Assembly: GCA_030141605.1 (NCBI GenBank)
Contig: JAQGDQ010000007.1
Location: 1,537,173-1,601,172, forward strand
Length of the DNA: 64,000 bases
Reading direction: 5' to 3'
Origin: Tubiluchus corallicola
Lineage: Eukaryota > Animalia > Priapulida
This document shows positions 19,255 to 31,400 of this stretch, piece by piece (position 1 is the first letter of the stretch; the number at the start of each line of letters is the position of its first letter). The translations under genes were made by a program, and so were the position numbers. The notes below the pieces were generated by a model, which saw only the letters and a program-made list of their open reading frames with translations, was not told where the DNA came from and did no database searches.

Positions 19255-20360
19255 GGTGAACTTATGAATTGATTCCATGACATGTTATGTTAACTTTAAT
19301 AAACTTCCTTCAGGTTTAACCCACTAATGCTCGACTACATGACTTTGCGCACTGCTGTACACCCTTCACGTGCCAGTACAAATATAAACTGTAAAGACCA
19401 GAAAAAACCCATCCACCTCAACTCGATGTGCTTAAGAAAATATAAAAATGCTGAAAACTACAGCATTTTTGTCAACTTTGCGTTAAAGAACGTATACACA
19501 GTCTGATAAAAGTCGTTATCATTACACAGCCATTTAAAAATGTGCTTGTTTTGCAATTATAATTGGTCACTATAGTGATCAGTGGTATTCTTTTATAGTA
19601 TTTTCTATTATTGAGTAAAAATTTGAAAGTTAATATTGTTATTTTTCGCTAAATTATTTATTTATTGTGTTTATTTTTCGTTGTACAATTTTGAGTGTAA
19701 TGTTTTTTTTGTAAATATGTAACTAATCATAATTTGTCTCTCTGGTTTCATTCAAGGTGCGCGTTGTAGGACGGAAGTTAACTGATCGGTGCATACTGCG
19801 CGGTCAGATTTCTTTGTTGTTATGGAACATACGGAAGAAACCAAAATGTCGGATGCAATCGTTGTTTTGAGAAGAAATCGGCCAGGAACTAAGGCTGAGG
19901 TAGTTTAACACTTCTAACTAACCGGGATAACATTAACCGATCACTGAAATAAAAACGCTGTAGTTTTCGGCGCCCTTCTAGGGGAAAGGGAGCAGAAGAC
20001 CGTATGGTCGTTCCCTTTCCCCACATTATTTAAATATTTACTTGTCAACTGACTACGATCTGCATATCTTGTTATGTGTGAAATAAAAGTTCTTATGTCT
20101 TCTCTAAACTTTGTAACTCATTGTTATATACTATCTGTGATTGTTATTCTGAAGGTAAAAAAACTAAATTATTAACATTTCCTCAACTTAAGCACATCGA
20201 AAACTGTTAAGGCAGTTTTTGTGGTCTTTATAATTTTTATTTATGTTGGCACATGAAGGGTGTATACTATAGCATTGCACAAAGTTATGTAGATGAGCAT
20301 TAGTGGGCTAAATATAAAGGAAGTTTATGCCGTTGTCATGGTACCGAGTTAGGCCACCTT
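19255..20360. repeat. Imperfect inverted repeat flanking the MOB4 promoter and exon 1
   Basis: 19300-19436 is the reverse complement of 20187-20327 (blocks TAAACTTCCTT, CCCACTAATGCTC, TACACCCTTCA, TAAAGACCA, TCGATGTGCTTAAG). Inner block GAAAACTACAGC near 19453 pairs with GCTGTAGTTTTC at 19957-19968. Confidence 0.85.
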
Positions 20361-23300
20361 AACTTGGAAGTAATTCAGGTTGGTAAAATAGTTTACTGTT
20401 TAGTTTAGTTTAGTTTATTCTGAATAAGGCTACAGGAATGCAACAACATTGACAGCAGTAACTACATAAAACATTGGCTTAGCACTGATTCACTATGTAA
20501 CTGTCACTTACCTGATTTACCATTTGAATCTTGAATTCTTCCTGTTAGTATTACTATAAAGGAAGAGTATAATTATTAGACGCTCTATATATATTAAACA
20601 GAATATAAAATGCTCCCGAATATCAGATGCATGCAACTAGAGTGCAAAAAATATAAGATGCATCACTGTTCAACAGTTAAGTCGTAAGGAGTGCCTGAAC
20701 TGAATTATGTACGTTAAATAAGTGTGTCAGAGTGGCATTAAAGCCTTTTTTCTTATTGCAAGTTTTTGGTTCAATTTTTTTTACTTTAAAGAGTAAACTT
20801 TATACTTTTTATTGTAAAAAGGCTTACTGTTGCTTACAGTTAACTGTGCTAATGCTGCTGAAGATATTGACCACAAATTGTTTTGCTGGATTCAGTGTGA
20901 AATAATTGTCAATTAAGCTTTTCTAGTTATTCACATATCCTGAATTTCCATTTTGTGAGGATCATTTTGATACCAAGCTCATCACTCTATGTTATTTCTA
21001 TGCTGAGATAATTCACATTGAAGATGAAGTGTAGGCTGCGCACTGAAAAACTTAATCTTGAGAAAATCGCTTTTAAAGTTAGCCATTGTTTTTTATCACG
21101 TTTCTGCAAAACACTTAGCAACCGCACAAATGTTGGTTGCTATGGACTTTGCAAGAACACATTGAAGTTATGTTTTAATCCAGTAGATGGCACTTCCTGA
21201 TTAAGATCTGGGCTTCGCAACAAAAAAAACCCGAAGCAAAATGGCTGCTTCCACAAGCTACTATCAGAGTTTCAAAATACAAGTTTTTTACAATTGCATT
21301 ACTAGTTTCTAGCCAGAAAAGTGGATAGGGGTTTATAACATTAAATTTTTAGTACTTTTTGAACATTATCTTGATAATTTGATGCCAGAATATAAAAGTG
21401 CAATATATTTAACATTTGATTTTATAAAAAACAAAAAATTGATATTTGACCAAATTTTTAGTGCATTCTACTTTGAAGCGTCATAACGTAGTTTTAGTTA
21501 TGCCAACTTATTGACGATTTTGGTTTGCAAGCGCACTTATAATTCCTGCTGCTGACTACTGTTGGACTGTGTATATCACAGACTTAAATGCCTGCCCAGT
21601 GGGTTGGCTGATGGTTCTCGTGTTTGAAAAAATTTCAGAATTTTAGGGTTGAAAATTAAGAAGAAATTTATTGGAAAAATTAACAGTGGTTTTTATTCAT
21701 TATTTTATCATGTCTATAAGGATTCACAATCTGTATCTATTCAGTACTAGAAATTGATTTGCCAGAGCCATTGTTATTTGGCCTACGCAGTTAATAGAAT
21801 AGACCCTGAACAAAAACAGGAAAGTTATTATAGTGTCCCAAATAAAAAAAACTAGTGAAGCCTTGTACGTTCGCCCAGTAATAGCAACCGCACATCCCTA
21901 CTCTTGTACTTGTTCCAAGACAATTTTTTATCCATTATCTGACACAGCAGATGCTTGACATTAGGATGGAAGTTTCTTAAAATTCTGTTTTACTACATTT
22001 CTGCTTATTAGTGCTCACTGGTGAGCTTGGCTTATTGTTGGTGAGTAAAAACTTCTAAGGACTAACAAATTACCTAGATTGGCTGAATGAACATTCATTG
22101 TTTGAAAAGTAAATATTCGCATAGTACCTCTAACTAGTGAATGTCTTATTAAGTGACAAAGCAATTTAGAAAATAAAATGAGGATTTTCTTTCAAATTAC
22201 CTGCTTTCCTTTAACAAAATACCTCCCCCTGCCTTAACACCAGGTCACTACTATATTAATTAGTAATGCAGTGTGGTGCAGTCTCTTATTGAATGATTTG
22301 AGTGTTCTTGGCCAGTTAACAGCTTACTTCTCTCATACTTAATCCAGAATGCTGCTTTGCACATCTAGGCATGTTCATTGTTCAACATTCCATGGTTTAA
22401 TGGCAGACAAAAATATTTTTCTAGATTTATACTTAAGTGTTTATAAGTTCAGGTGCCTAGTATGAGTACATACAGGTAACTTAGTACAGTAGCACTAAAT
22501 ATATACAGGTAAGGTATACATCACATAATTTATCATTGTGGAAATTACAGTATAATGTATACAAAGTGTGATATCTTCCATTAATTAAACTAAACATAGA
22601 TAATTTAGTACAGTACAGTAATTTAATTTAAAGAATGGAACCTGTTTTAGTTTTTTACAAATTCCATTTTGTCAGTTTATGAACTATTTGTATTAAATAT
22701 ATGTCTATAAAACCATTTATTTCATTCTTGACTTCTTTGACTTCCTTGTCTTGAAATATAGAATAAAAATTAATTTAGCAGTACAAATTTTGTGGGATAA
22801 AAAATACTGTGAATTTTTCTGGAAGACTTTGAAAATTATATGTCTTTGGAAAAGTGTCAAAGTTGTTGTGGTTTCAGTTTTCCCAAGGTACGCCATATTG
22901 CCAGACTCTCGTGATGTATGTTGAACTTAAAATCAACTTTAAATAAAGATCATTATTACTCTGAACTAAAGTAAATGGTGTACCTGTGTAAATGAAATTA
23001 TTATTTTTCTGTAGGATTTTTCAAAATGGCCAGAAGAACCATTTGAGGAAATGGATAGCACACTGGCTGTACAGCAGGTATCAGAATAATTAATATTTTT
23101 GTTTGATTGTGATTAAAGTTTTTCTTTTTGCGGTTTGAGTATGAAAGCATGACGAATTGCTGTTTTCTGTGTTAAGCTTCTGGCTTTCACTTAAAGTTAA
23201 GTTTTCTGCTCGATATCGGGATGGTCCTATTTAAATTTTTGAAACAGTTTGTGATCCTCCGTTAGACGAGATTTAGAATTGTAAATTAATCACTAATTAT

Positions 23301-26300
23301 AAACCAAATCAAATTTTTTTTGCTGCATATTTGCATCTAAATCTGGGGGGTTGTTGCTGGAAACTATGCAATCTAAGTGCTCTAATACCAGCAATATAAA
23401 TTAGTATTAGTTACAGCATACAGCTGCATTTTATATTAAAATAAAGTACGAGCAAACAACGTTTGGTTGATGCTGGGTTAGCTTAAGAATTTGAAATTGT
23501 TACTATAGGATTTTCATATTAATATGTGCATATAAATGCTCGTTGAATACATAACAAACATTTTTCCAGTACCCATCAGTTACATGAAATTCTAATACTT
23601 TGTTGCTTTAGTTTGATTTACCTGTTTAATAAAGAAACATCAGCTAAGTGGAATTATATTGAATTTCTGATACTTCAACTATAATATTGTCTAGCTTATT
23701 AATAATCAGTATATTGTCGGTCTATTATATAAGCATTTGAATATCCAGTAACAAAAACAGAACGAAGCAGCTTATTACAGAATTCATCGAGCATTATAAA
23801 CCTGTTTCTACATATGTAGTTTATCCAGCAAACAATACGAAAAGATCCTATGAACATAGCTGAAATTCTTACACCTCCAGAAGGTCAGGACGAAGGGGTG
23901 TGGAAATATGAACATCTTCGTCAATTTTGTTTAGAACTAAATGGACTGGCTGTAAAACTACAGGTACAGTGCTAATCTGAAGTCTATGAACTTAAGCTTA
24001 TATGACACCGTAATTTGAATGTTTATATAGCAGTTCTTTGCTTTCATTCAAAATTTTAAAGTAAGTGAGCATTTCACATGAACTTTGTGTAACTAGCGTG
24101 GATTTTTATTATAAATAATATGCATACGTTTAGTGACCATTATTTTCATTTTGATATTGTTTTATTCATTGAAAAAGGTAGAACATTTGAAAAATGGAAA
24201 GCTTATTCATTTTTACTAACCACTTTCTGACCTAGTGATTTGTATTAAATTTATAAAGCAATAAACCAAAAGATAATGGTACAACAAGAAATCTAATTTG
24301 TTGGTTTATTATTATTATTATTATTATTATTATTTATATATTGCTTAGCAAATGTTTACAATTGATTAAATTTACAAACATTAATATAAAATTCAATAAT
24401 TGATTACACTCCTTCTGTATTGAAGATTGTTACTACTTTTGTTATTAAGTATGGTAGTTTTGCTAACAACTCACTGACGCCTTTTTGTTGTTCTTAGGGT
24501 GAATGCCAGCCTGAAACTTGTACGCAAATGACAGCAACTGAACAATGGATTTTTCTCTGTGCTGCACACAAAACACCTAAAGAAGTGAGTTTATTTTTTT
24601 TTACCTGAAAATACTAGTCAATGGCAAATTATAAAAATAAATGGCTTTTTTTCCAATAATTTAAACTTCTAAACTGTGTATTATTTCAGAGTGACTTGCT
24701 GCTTTTTGAAAGTTTTGTTAAACAGAAAATTTGCTTTCAGTGTCCAGCAATTGATTACACTAGACACACACTAGATGGAGCTGCATGTTTGCTTAACAGC
24801 AACAAGTATTTCCCTAGCAGGTATTAATGCTTCTACTAATTGACAGTATTGACATTTACATAACAATCTGTAATAGTTTTTTTTTTGTGTATTTAATCTT
24901 ATTGTTTTTTTTCACTTTTTACTGCATTCATTAGTTTCATTGTTTGTCTCTATATAATTAACCAGTGAAGTTAAAAATATTTTACTCTTTTACAATATTC
25001 GGCATTATGTAATTATGATGCGTCTTCCTGCACATTTTAATTTGTGTAATACTAGTGATAATTATTTTGAGGGTGTGAATGTTACATGTGTTTTTGCAGG
25101 GTCAGTATAAAAGAATCTTCAGTAGCAAAACTTGGTTCTGTATGTCGACGTGTGTACAGAATATTTTCCCATGCATATTTCCATCACAGAGAACTTTTTG
25201 ATGAATTTGAGGTATGCCTTTTCCTTAGTATTTCTAGAATTTATTTTCCCCATCACCAATAAGTTTCTCATTTTATGGCTAACATACACAATATGTACCA
25301 CATTATTTAAGATTCAGTGTGTTTTCTTTAAGTGTTATCCAGTGTTTGGCTCTTGCCTAAATGACTTTGCTCCTGCTGAAAAGAAGTGCAAACAAATAAG
25401 AATGTTCGATAAGCAAGAACAACTTAACCACTAATAACAACCATTAAGTAGTTAAGCCTGGCACAGACAAATACATGTTTTCTATTTTCTTTGTACTAGC
25501 ATTAGCTGTTTAGAGTACACGTAGAAAACATTTAACTGTTCTGGTGTTCCTCTCTGCATGGAAAACCTAAAAGCACAACAATGTGATGAGCCATTGCATA
25601 GGCCTTGCTTTGCCAATGCCCATTCTCTTTGCTCAAGGTCGAGGATTTGAATCCAGGCCCTTCCAATTTCCATTGTCTTTTATTACATACTGCTATTGTA
25701 CACTCTAATAATTATGTCATTATATTTAAGTGCATTTAAGTAAGAATAAATTCATGAAAATTTGCCCATTCATTGTATGAATTAGCCTTATGTGTGTCAG
25801 GCAGTTTCATCTTGTAAATATTGATAACCAACACAGAGTTGTAAGTTAGCTAGTTATGTTAGGTGAGTAACAGTCTTTACTTTATTTTTACAAGGAAAGT
25901 GTAATTACAGTTTAAGTTACTTGACTGGAAAAGTAACTCTTTGTCAAAAAGATGTTACTCTTACCACATTACAAAAGTTTAAACAATTTAATCAAAGGTT
26001 TACTGTAAATTATAATAGATAAAATGTTTTTCTAGCCCAGTGTTGGCAGTAGGTTTTAAGATAAAAGTTGTTTAATTTGTTGCCTAAAAGTAGTTTTGCA
26101 AATGTTTTCATTTAAATTAAATGACACTTTACAAACACCATGCTTTGTATTTTACTGCTGGTTTGATGTTTACAGAACTCTTTGAATGAGTTTTTTCTGT
26201 TTAGAATGACACCCACTTATGTAAGAGGTTTACCATGTTTGTTACGAAATACAATCTGATGTCCAAGGACAACTTGATCGTTCCTATATTGGAAGATGAC

Positions 26301-26333
26301 ACTGGGAACCAGCCAACAGAGAGTGAAGCTTGA
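19846..26333 (+). CDS. MOB4: MOB kinase activator-like 4 / phocein (STRIPAK component), 222 aa
   Basis: Exons 19846-19899, 23015-23077, 23820-23963, 24498-24584, 24741-24820, 25100-25211 and 26205-26333. Protein [18 protein letters not shown]...[23 protein letters not shown]...[37 protein letters not shown]...ESEA*. An in-frame upstream ATG at 19822 would add MEHTEETK. Confidence 0.97.
25560..25680 (-). mobile_element. Probable tRNA-derived SINE fragment
   Basis: Minus strand has a box-B-like GGATTCAAATCC followed by a CCTTGAGCAA core-like motif. Confidence 0.35.
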
Positions 26334-27519
26334 AGTGGTGAACAAGTTAGGGGCTTATTTAGGAATTCATATAAATTTCATTCTTAGTAAATTCCATTGC
26401 GAATTTTTATAGACTGGCTATTAAATTGATGTATAGTTTTGAACATAAGTTTTTTTTCTGTGTAACCTACTTTTTTTCTAAAAAGAACTTAGCATGTTAA
26501 TTCACTTTTAAAACTGTGTAAATATGTATTTATTATACATGCACTACGTACATTATACGTACATTATTTATTAATAGTTGTATTTTCTGAAGATAATGCT
26601 TTTGGTAATTTTCTGCTTTACTTCCTAGCTTTGATTATGGTGTTAAATACTTCAATGTCTCATTTCATTTTAGGGGACCTGATATTATTTTTAATGATCG
26701 AGACTAGATACTCATGTGTACTGCTATCAAGCATCTGCATATACTAAGAAATATTCAAAATGCAAATCTGTGCTTAAGTAGTTCATTGGCATTTGATGTA
26801 AGAAAAATATGTAATTCGTGACTAAATGTGTGTTTTCTTTATTGTAAGCAGCCTATCTGAATTAAATTCAGAGTTTAGTCTTAGTTGACCTGAGTGATCT
26901 CTGATATGTCTTCTAATCTAAAAAAAATTGGCTTATTTTTGCAATATTTCTGTCAAACCATCAACTGCAAACAAGGTAATTAATTTGTATTGTTTTTATA
27001 ATATCCTGGCTGCTCTGAAGAAAACGTAATTGTAAGATGATAACAAAATTTACAGTATGCTGTTGAAAATATCGGACTTGTATCTTCTCACTGGAGTTTG
27101 CATTGCTTTAACAATGAACGGAAAAGAACAGGACTCATAGCCAAGGTTTTTTAAGATTGTGCAACAATGTACACATTCTGCATGTAATTAACAGAAAAAC
27201 AAGATTCATTTCTTTTGCTTTGTTCTGGCATTAAAGTTCGCGACAACATTATGCATTGTAGTGCTGGGTTGTCCTAATTAACATAATTGTACCTTTGCAC
27301 TTCCGATTAAGTCGTCAATTATCAATTTTTACAGTTAGCGTTATCATAGCCCTTCCTATTGCATTTGACAGTTAATGCTGAATCAATCTTGTGTTGTGGA
27401 TCACAGGAGTGATTTCACTGTTGTATTTTGTATTTGAAAATCAATGTTAATAATTAGTTTTCAGTATAAATTAATATAAAATGTGCCACTGTTACTTTAT
27501 GTATATGATTGTGCTCTTA

Positions 27520-27885
27520 AGTTTAGTTTAGTTTATATATCGAATAGATTAGATTAGATTATGTTATCATAGCTTCACTTATATTATATTGTATCAGAGT
27601 AAATTACCTTTAATTAGGATGGATTCTAGAATAGACTAGACCAGATAATACTAGATTTTGTTAGATTAAACTAGACAAACTAGACTGGACTAAAATTGGT
27701 AGATTAGGCTAGACTAGGTTAGATTCCACTTTACTATGCCAGATGTCTGTGGTTGTGTATGTAGATCATATTGGGTTGAGTTAGATTAGAAAAATGAGGT
27801 CATCTGAAATGAGGTGAGGTGAACTGTGGTAAGATGAAATGAAGTGAGGTGAGTTGTGCTAAAGTAAAACAAAATGAGGTGATGC
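27520..27885. repeat. Degenerate pentanucleotide arrays (TAGAT/CTAGA then TGAGG/TGAAA)
   Basis: 5-bp periodicity read directly between MOB4 and CNGB. Confidence 0.75.
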
Positions 27886-28404
27886 ATCATTGCAATGTAT
27901 CATTACCAAAGCTACACGTCTTTGCTTATACTTTTCTGTTGACAAGTAAAGGAATCGGGTTTCCAGGTGGCTTCCTAGAGGCCATGTGAACTATGCATGG
28001 CTTTGGCCAAGCTACATGGTGATGGTTAAACTCACCTGAGCATGTAGCTGTCTGATCACATGTGATGGTTACAGCTTGTGAGCTGCTGTTATTGACGCAC
28101 CTGCAATTAGATTATTGCTTCGGGTGAAACGGAGCTGTGAAAAGCATGGCAGGTTTCTTGATAGATATGGCTTGACAGTAAGTATTTAAGTAGTTTCTTT
28201 AGGTTTGTCTTACTTTTTCATGCCAATTTATAAGTTTATCAAAATTTTAAGTGGCTTGGGAAATTAAATTCTGTGCACCAATTAAATAATTTAAAATATT
28301 GTGTTTTAAAACATACTTTTCAGTTACTTTAATGTGAAATTCATATAACCCCGATGATCCTTCCGTATATTTTAGCTGGAACTGAAAAGAAATTTTTGCA
28401 CTGA

Positions 28405-31400
28405 ATGGCAAAAGTAGAAGATACTGCAGAGTTGATTAAGAATGAAGCTGACATTGGCAATGCTCCAGCTATTCAAGTGCATGGTTTTCCAGGAACAAAG
28501 GAAAGTCCTTCAAATAGGTCAGTTTGTTTGTGGTTGGGCAAATCATTACTTTACTTCTAGAACAAAATCATTTTTGAATTTCATAAGGTATTATTTTTCA
28601 AACTTTTTTAGCCAGTTGCGTAAATTTAGTCATCATGAATTTATTTTAGTATGTTATTAGTATGTAAGTATTGCCACTTAAGATTTTCAAGGCAGTAAAG
28701 TCAATAACTCTATAACACTGGTATTGTAACAGAAAGTTTTGCAATTTATTTAATAAACTTAACTAATATATATGCAGTGCTCATTCATCGCAATTTTCTA
28801 ATATTTTCTAATTTCATGCTAGTATGTAGCATTCCTGTATTTATTTATGTCCATTATTCTCATCATTTTTAGAGGAATAGATAATCCCATTTTTTCCTTT
28901 GAAAATGTGGAGACGGGACGGACGGTAACAGTAAAAGAGGAAGCTGATGGGCACAGCAATAGCAATGGTTCTGTCAGCACTGTCCGGAGAGGGAGTAATA
29001 TATCTGGTGGCATCAGTGGAGCTCACGACACATTAGCTGTACCTGGTTCTCAAGTCTCTCGTATGTATGCAGTTCAACACGAGCATTAAATTTGAAAATG
29101 AAGACACATGAATTTCTGGTGAAAACGTAACTGGTAAAACAAAATCTTTTTCAAGATTATCTTTAGACATAATTTTAGTATTGATTCCACATTGGTCTAA
29201 CAAGCTAGAATTTGACTCCATTTGACTATAACCTATTATTTGTATAAAGTGGTGGATAGAAATACAAGCGTATGTGGTTCTTCAGAGACAAAATTCAAAT
29301 TCTTCAATAATACGTATTCCTAAGGCTATGCTGCTCTGAGATTCATTGCCTAAAAATTTTTTTAGTAGAATTTACTTTTTAAATAAATGATGTTTATAAA
29401 GACTAGTACTACTAGTGTTATTCAGTACTACGATAAAATTACTATTCTAAACAAACATGTTTTGAATTATATACAGTACAAAGGATTTTATTCTTTAAAG
29501 ATACAAAATTTCATAAAAACTTTTTATATCTTTAAATCACAGTTTCCAAATCAACTTTAGATTGGGTTTTTAAGACAATTTTTGGCCACAATAATAGTCA
29601 TATTGTAGCATAATGGACAAATGATAATAATGTATACAGATAATTGTATTGCATGTCCTGTGGCTTGTGGCTTCATTCAACATTGTGCTTCTTTCTGATG
29701 GATTACCATGGCAACTGGTATTGATCGTGCTCCAGAACCTGTTGCCTGGGCAATACTTGAAATCCAGCCCTAATGTGGTTTCATTAATCAATACCTGTTT
29801 GCGTTGGCATTGCCTAAGTTAACTTATCAGAACACTTAAGTGTAGATAATATTTGTTATTTCAAGTGGATTATACTCAAGACTGTAGAAGAAACAGAAAA
29901 ATTATTCAGTGCAAAAAATTTTTATTTTGGAGGCTGTTTTGTTTGTCCAACAACTTATTTATTTGTTCTTCTATATATCCATTCTTTATTGCTGTTTGTT
30001 TGTTACACAAAGCAGTTGTCAAGCTGAATCACATTTTTGAAGCATAATAACTCAAAATATTAGTAATTTTAAACAAATAAATTTAAAACAGGGATTTTAA
30101 TGTACCTTACAAACAGCTGACTTTTTTAGCTTGTTAATTTGTGGTCTGTAAAAATATTATTGAGCGGCTTGGCAGCAAACTTACCTTTGAAAGAAGTGAA
30201 AAAATATGAAAGCTTCCAGAAAAAGTTGAAAAACTAGAGAGCTGCCTTTCCAGTTATTTCAGATCATTTCCTAGATGTGTAACTTTTGTTATATTACAGA
30301 TCTTTACAGTGTCAAACATATTCTATCAAATACGTACCTATAAATTTTCCAAGTCTGGAATGTGAATTTATAAAACAATATCCGCTTTTATACTTAAAAC
30401 ATACCAAAATAAATAAGCTACTGCTAAAAAACCTCAGTCATAGGTATGGCATTTATATTATAAAACACTTACTAAGCACTTTGTAAAGCAGTGTACAGTG
30501 ACGAAAAATGTCATCTATTTTTCATTTGTTTTCAGTTTTGAGACGTGGTAGTCAGGCATCTGTGACATCTTCTGGAAAGTCTGCAATTTCTGTATGGAAG
30601 CGCAAATCTCTTCGTGCCACTGTCAGCATCGATTCACTTTCAGCGGATCATACCCACAAGCAGTCGTGGAAATCTATCTCTAGGCTAGCTCGAAGTCGGT
30701 CTGCAGGCAGTACCCGTTCTTTAAAATCCTTATCATCAGTGTAAGTTTTCTGCATAATAATGTAAGGGTGTCAGGGAATAATTAGCCCCCAAGGAGAGGA
30801 TAACAATTGACATTACCATGACAAAGAGCATTAAATTAACTTATTTTAATATTTTTAGTATATATAGTACTGCTGCCCTTCGCATCTCTGAAGGCCATAA
30901 ATAGGCAAGAGTACAATTCATTTTAGTTTTTCAATGAGAGTAGTGTCAAGATTCACTTCTTCAATAACTTGGTTGATTTTTAATTTTTGATAATAAAAAG
31001 TGGAATGAATTTTTAAAAATGGATTGAATGATGATTATTATTATTATGAATAGAATATGAAAAAATGTGTTTTTTTTGTACTTGCGCTTCCGCTTTAATG
31101 TAGCAGGGCTATCATTTCCTGACATTCCGTATATCTTAATAAATGACATAAGCATGAAAGATAGCTGTTTTTAGCTTTCTTATGATTTACTTAATTACGA
31201 TTAATTGTTTTAGTCGTCTGTTTTTTGCCTTCTGAAACAGAACTTTTACATTATCATCCATGTTTGAAATGTTTAGATATTAGTTAATACTGCTGTCTAA
31301 CATGCTTATTTTATTGTTACTGGATATTTGCTCAAATATATATTTTTTTCGAATTGCTTGCTAAGAACGTTTGAAGCTTAACTTTCCATGCAAAAATGCA

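Noticed and set aside
23078-23085. GTATCA donor in MOB4 as a possible U12-type intron
   Set aside because: Does not match GTATCCTT and no U12 branch point is visible; treated as U2.
28146-28160. CNGB uORF begins MAGFL, the same as the LRR protein N-terminus
   Set aside because: Different codons and no further similarity; coincidence.
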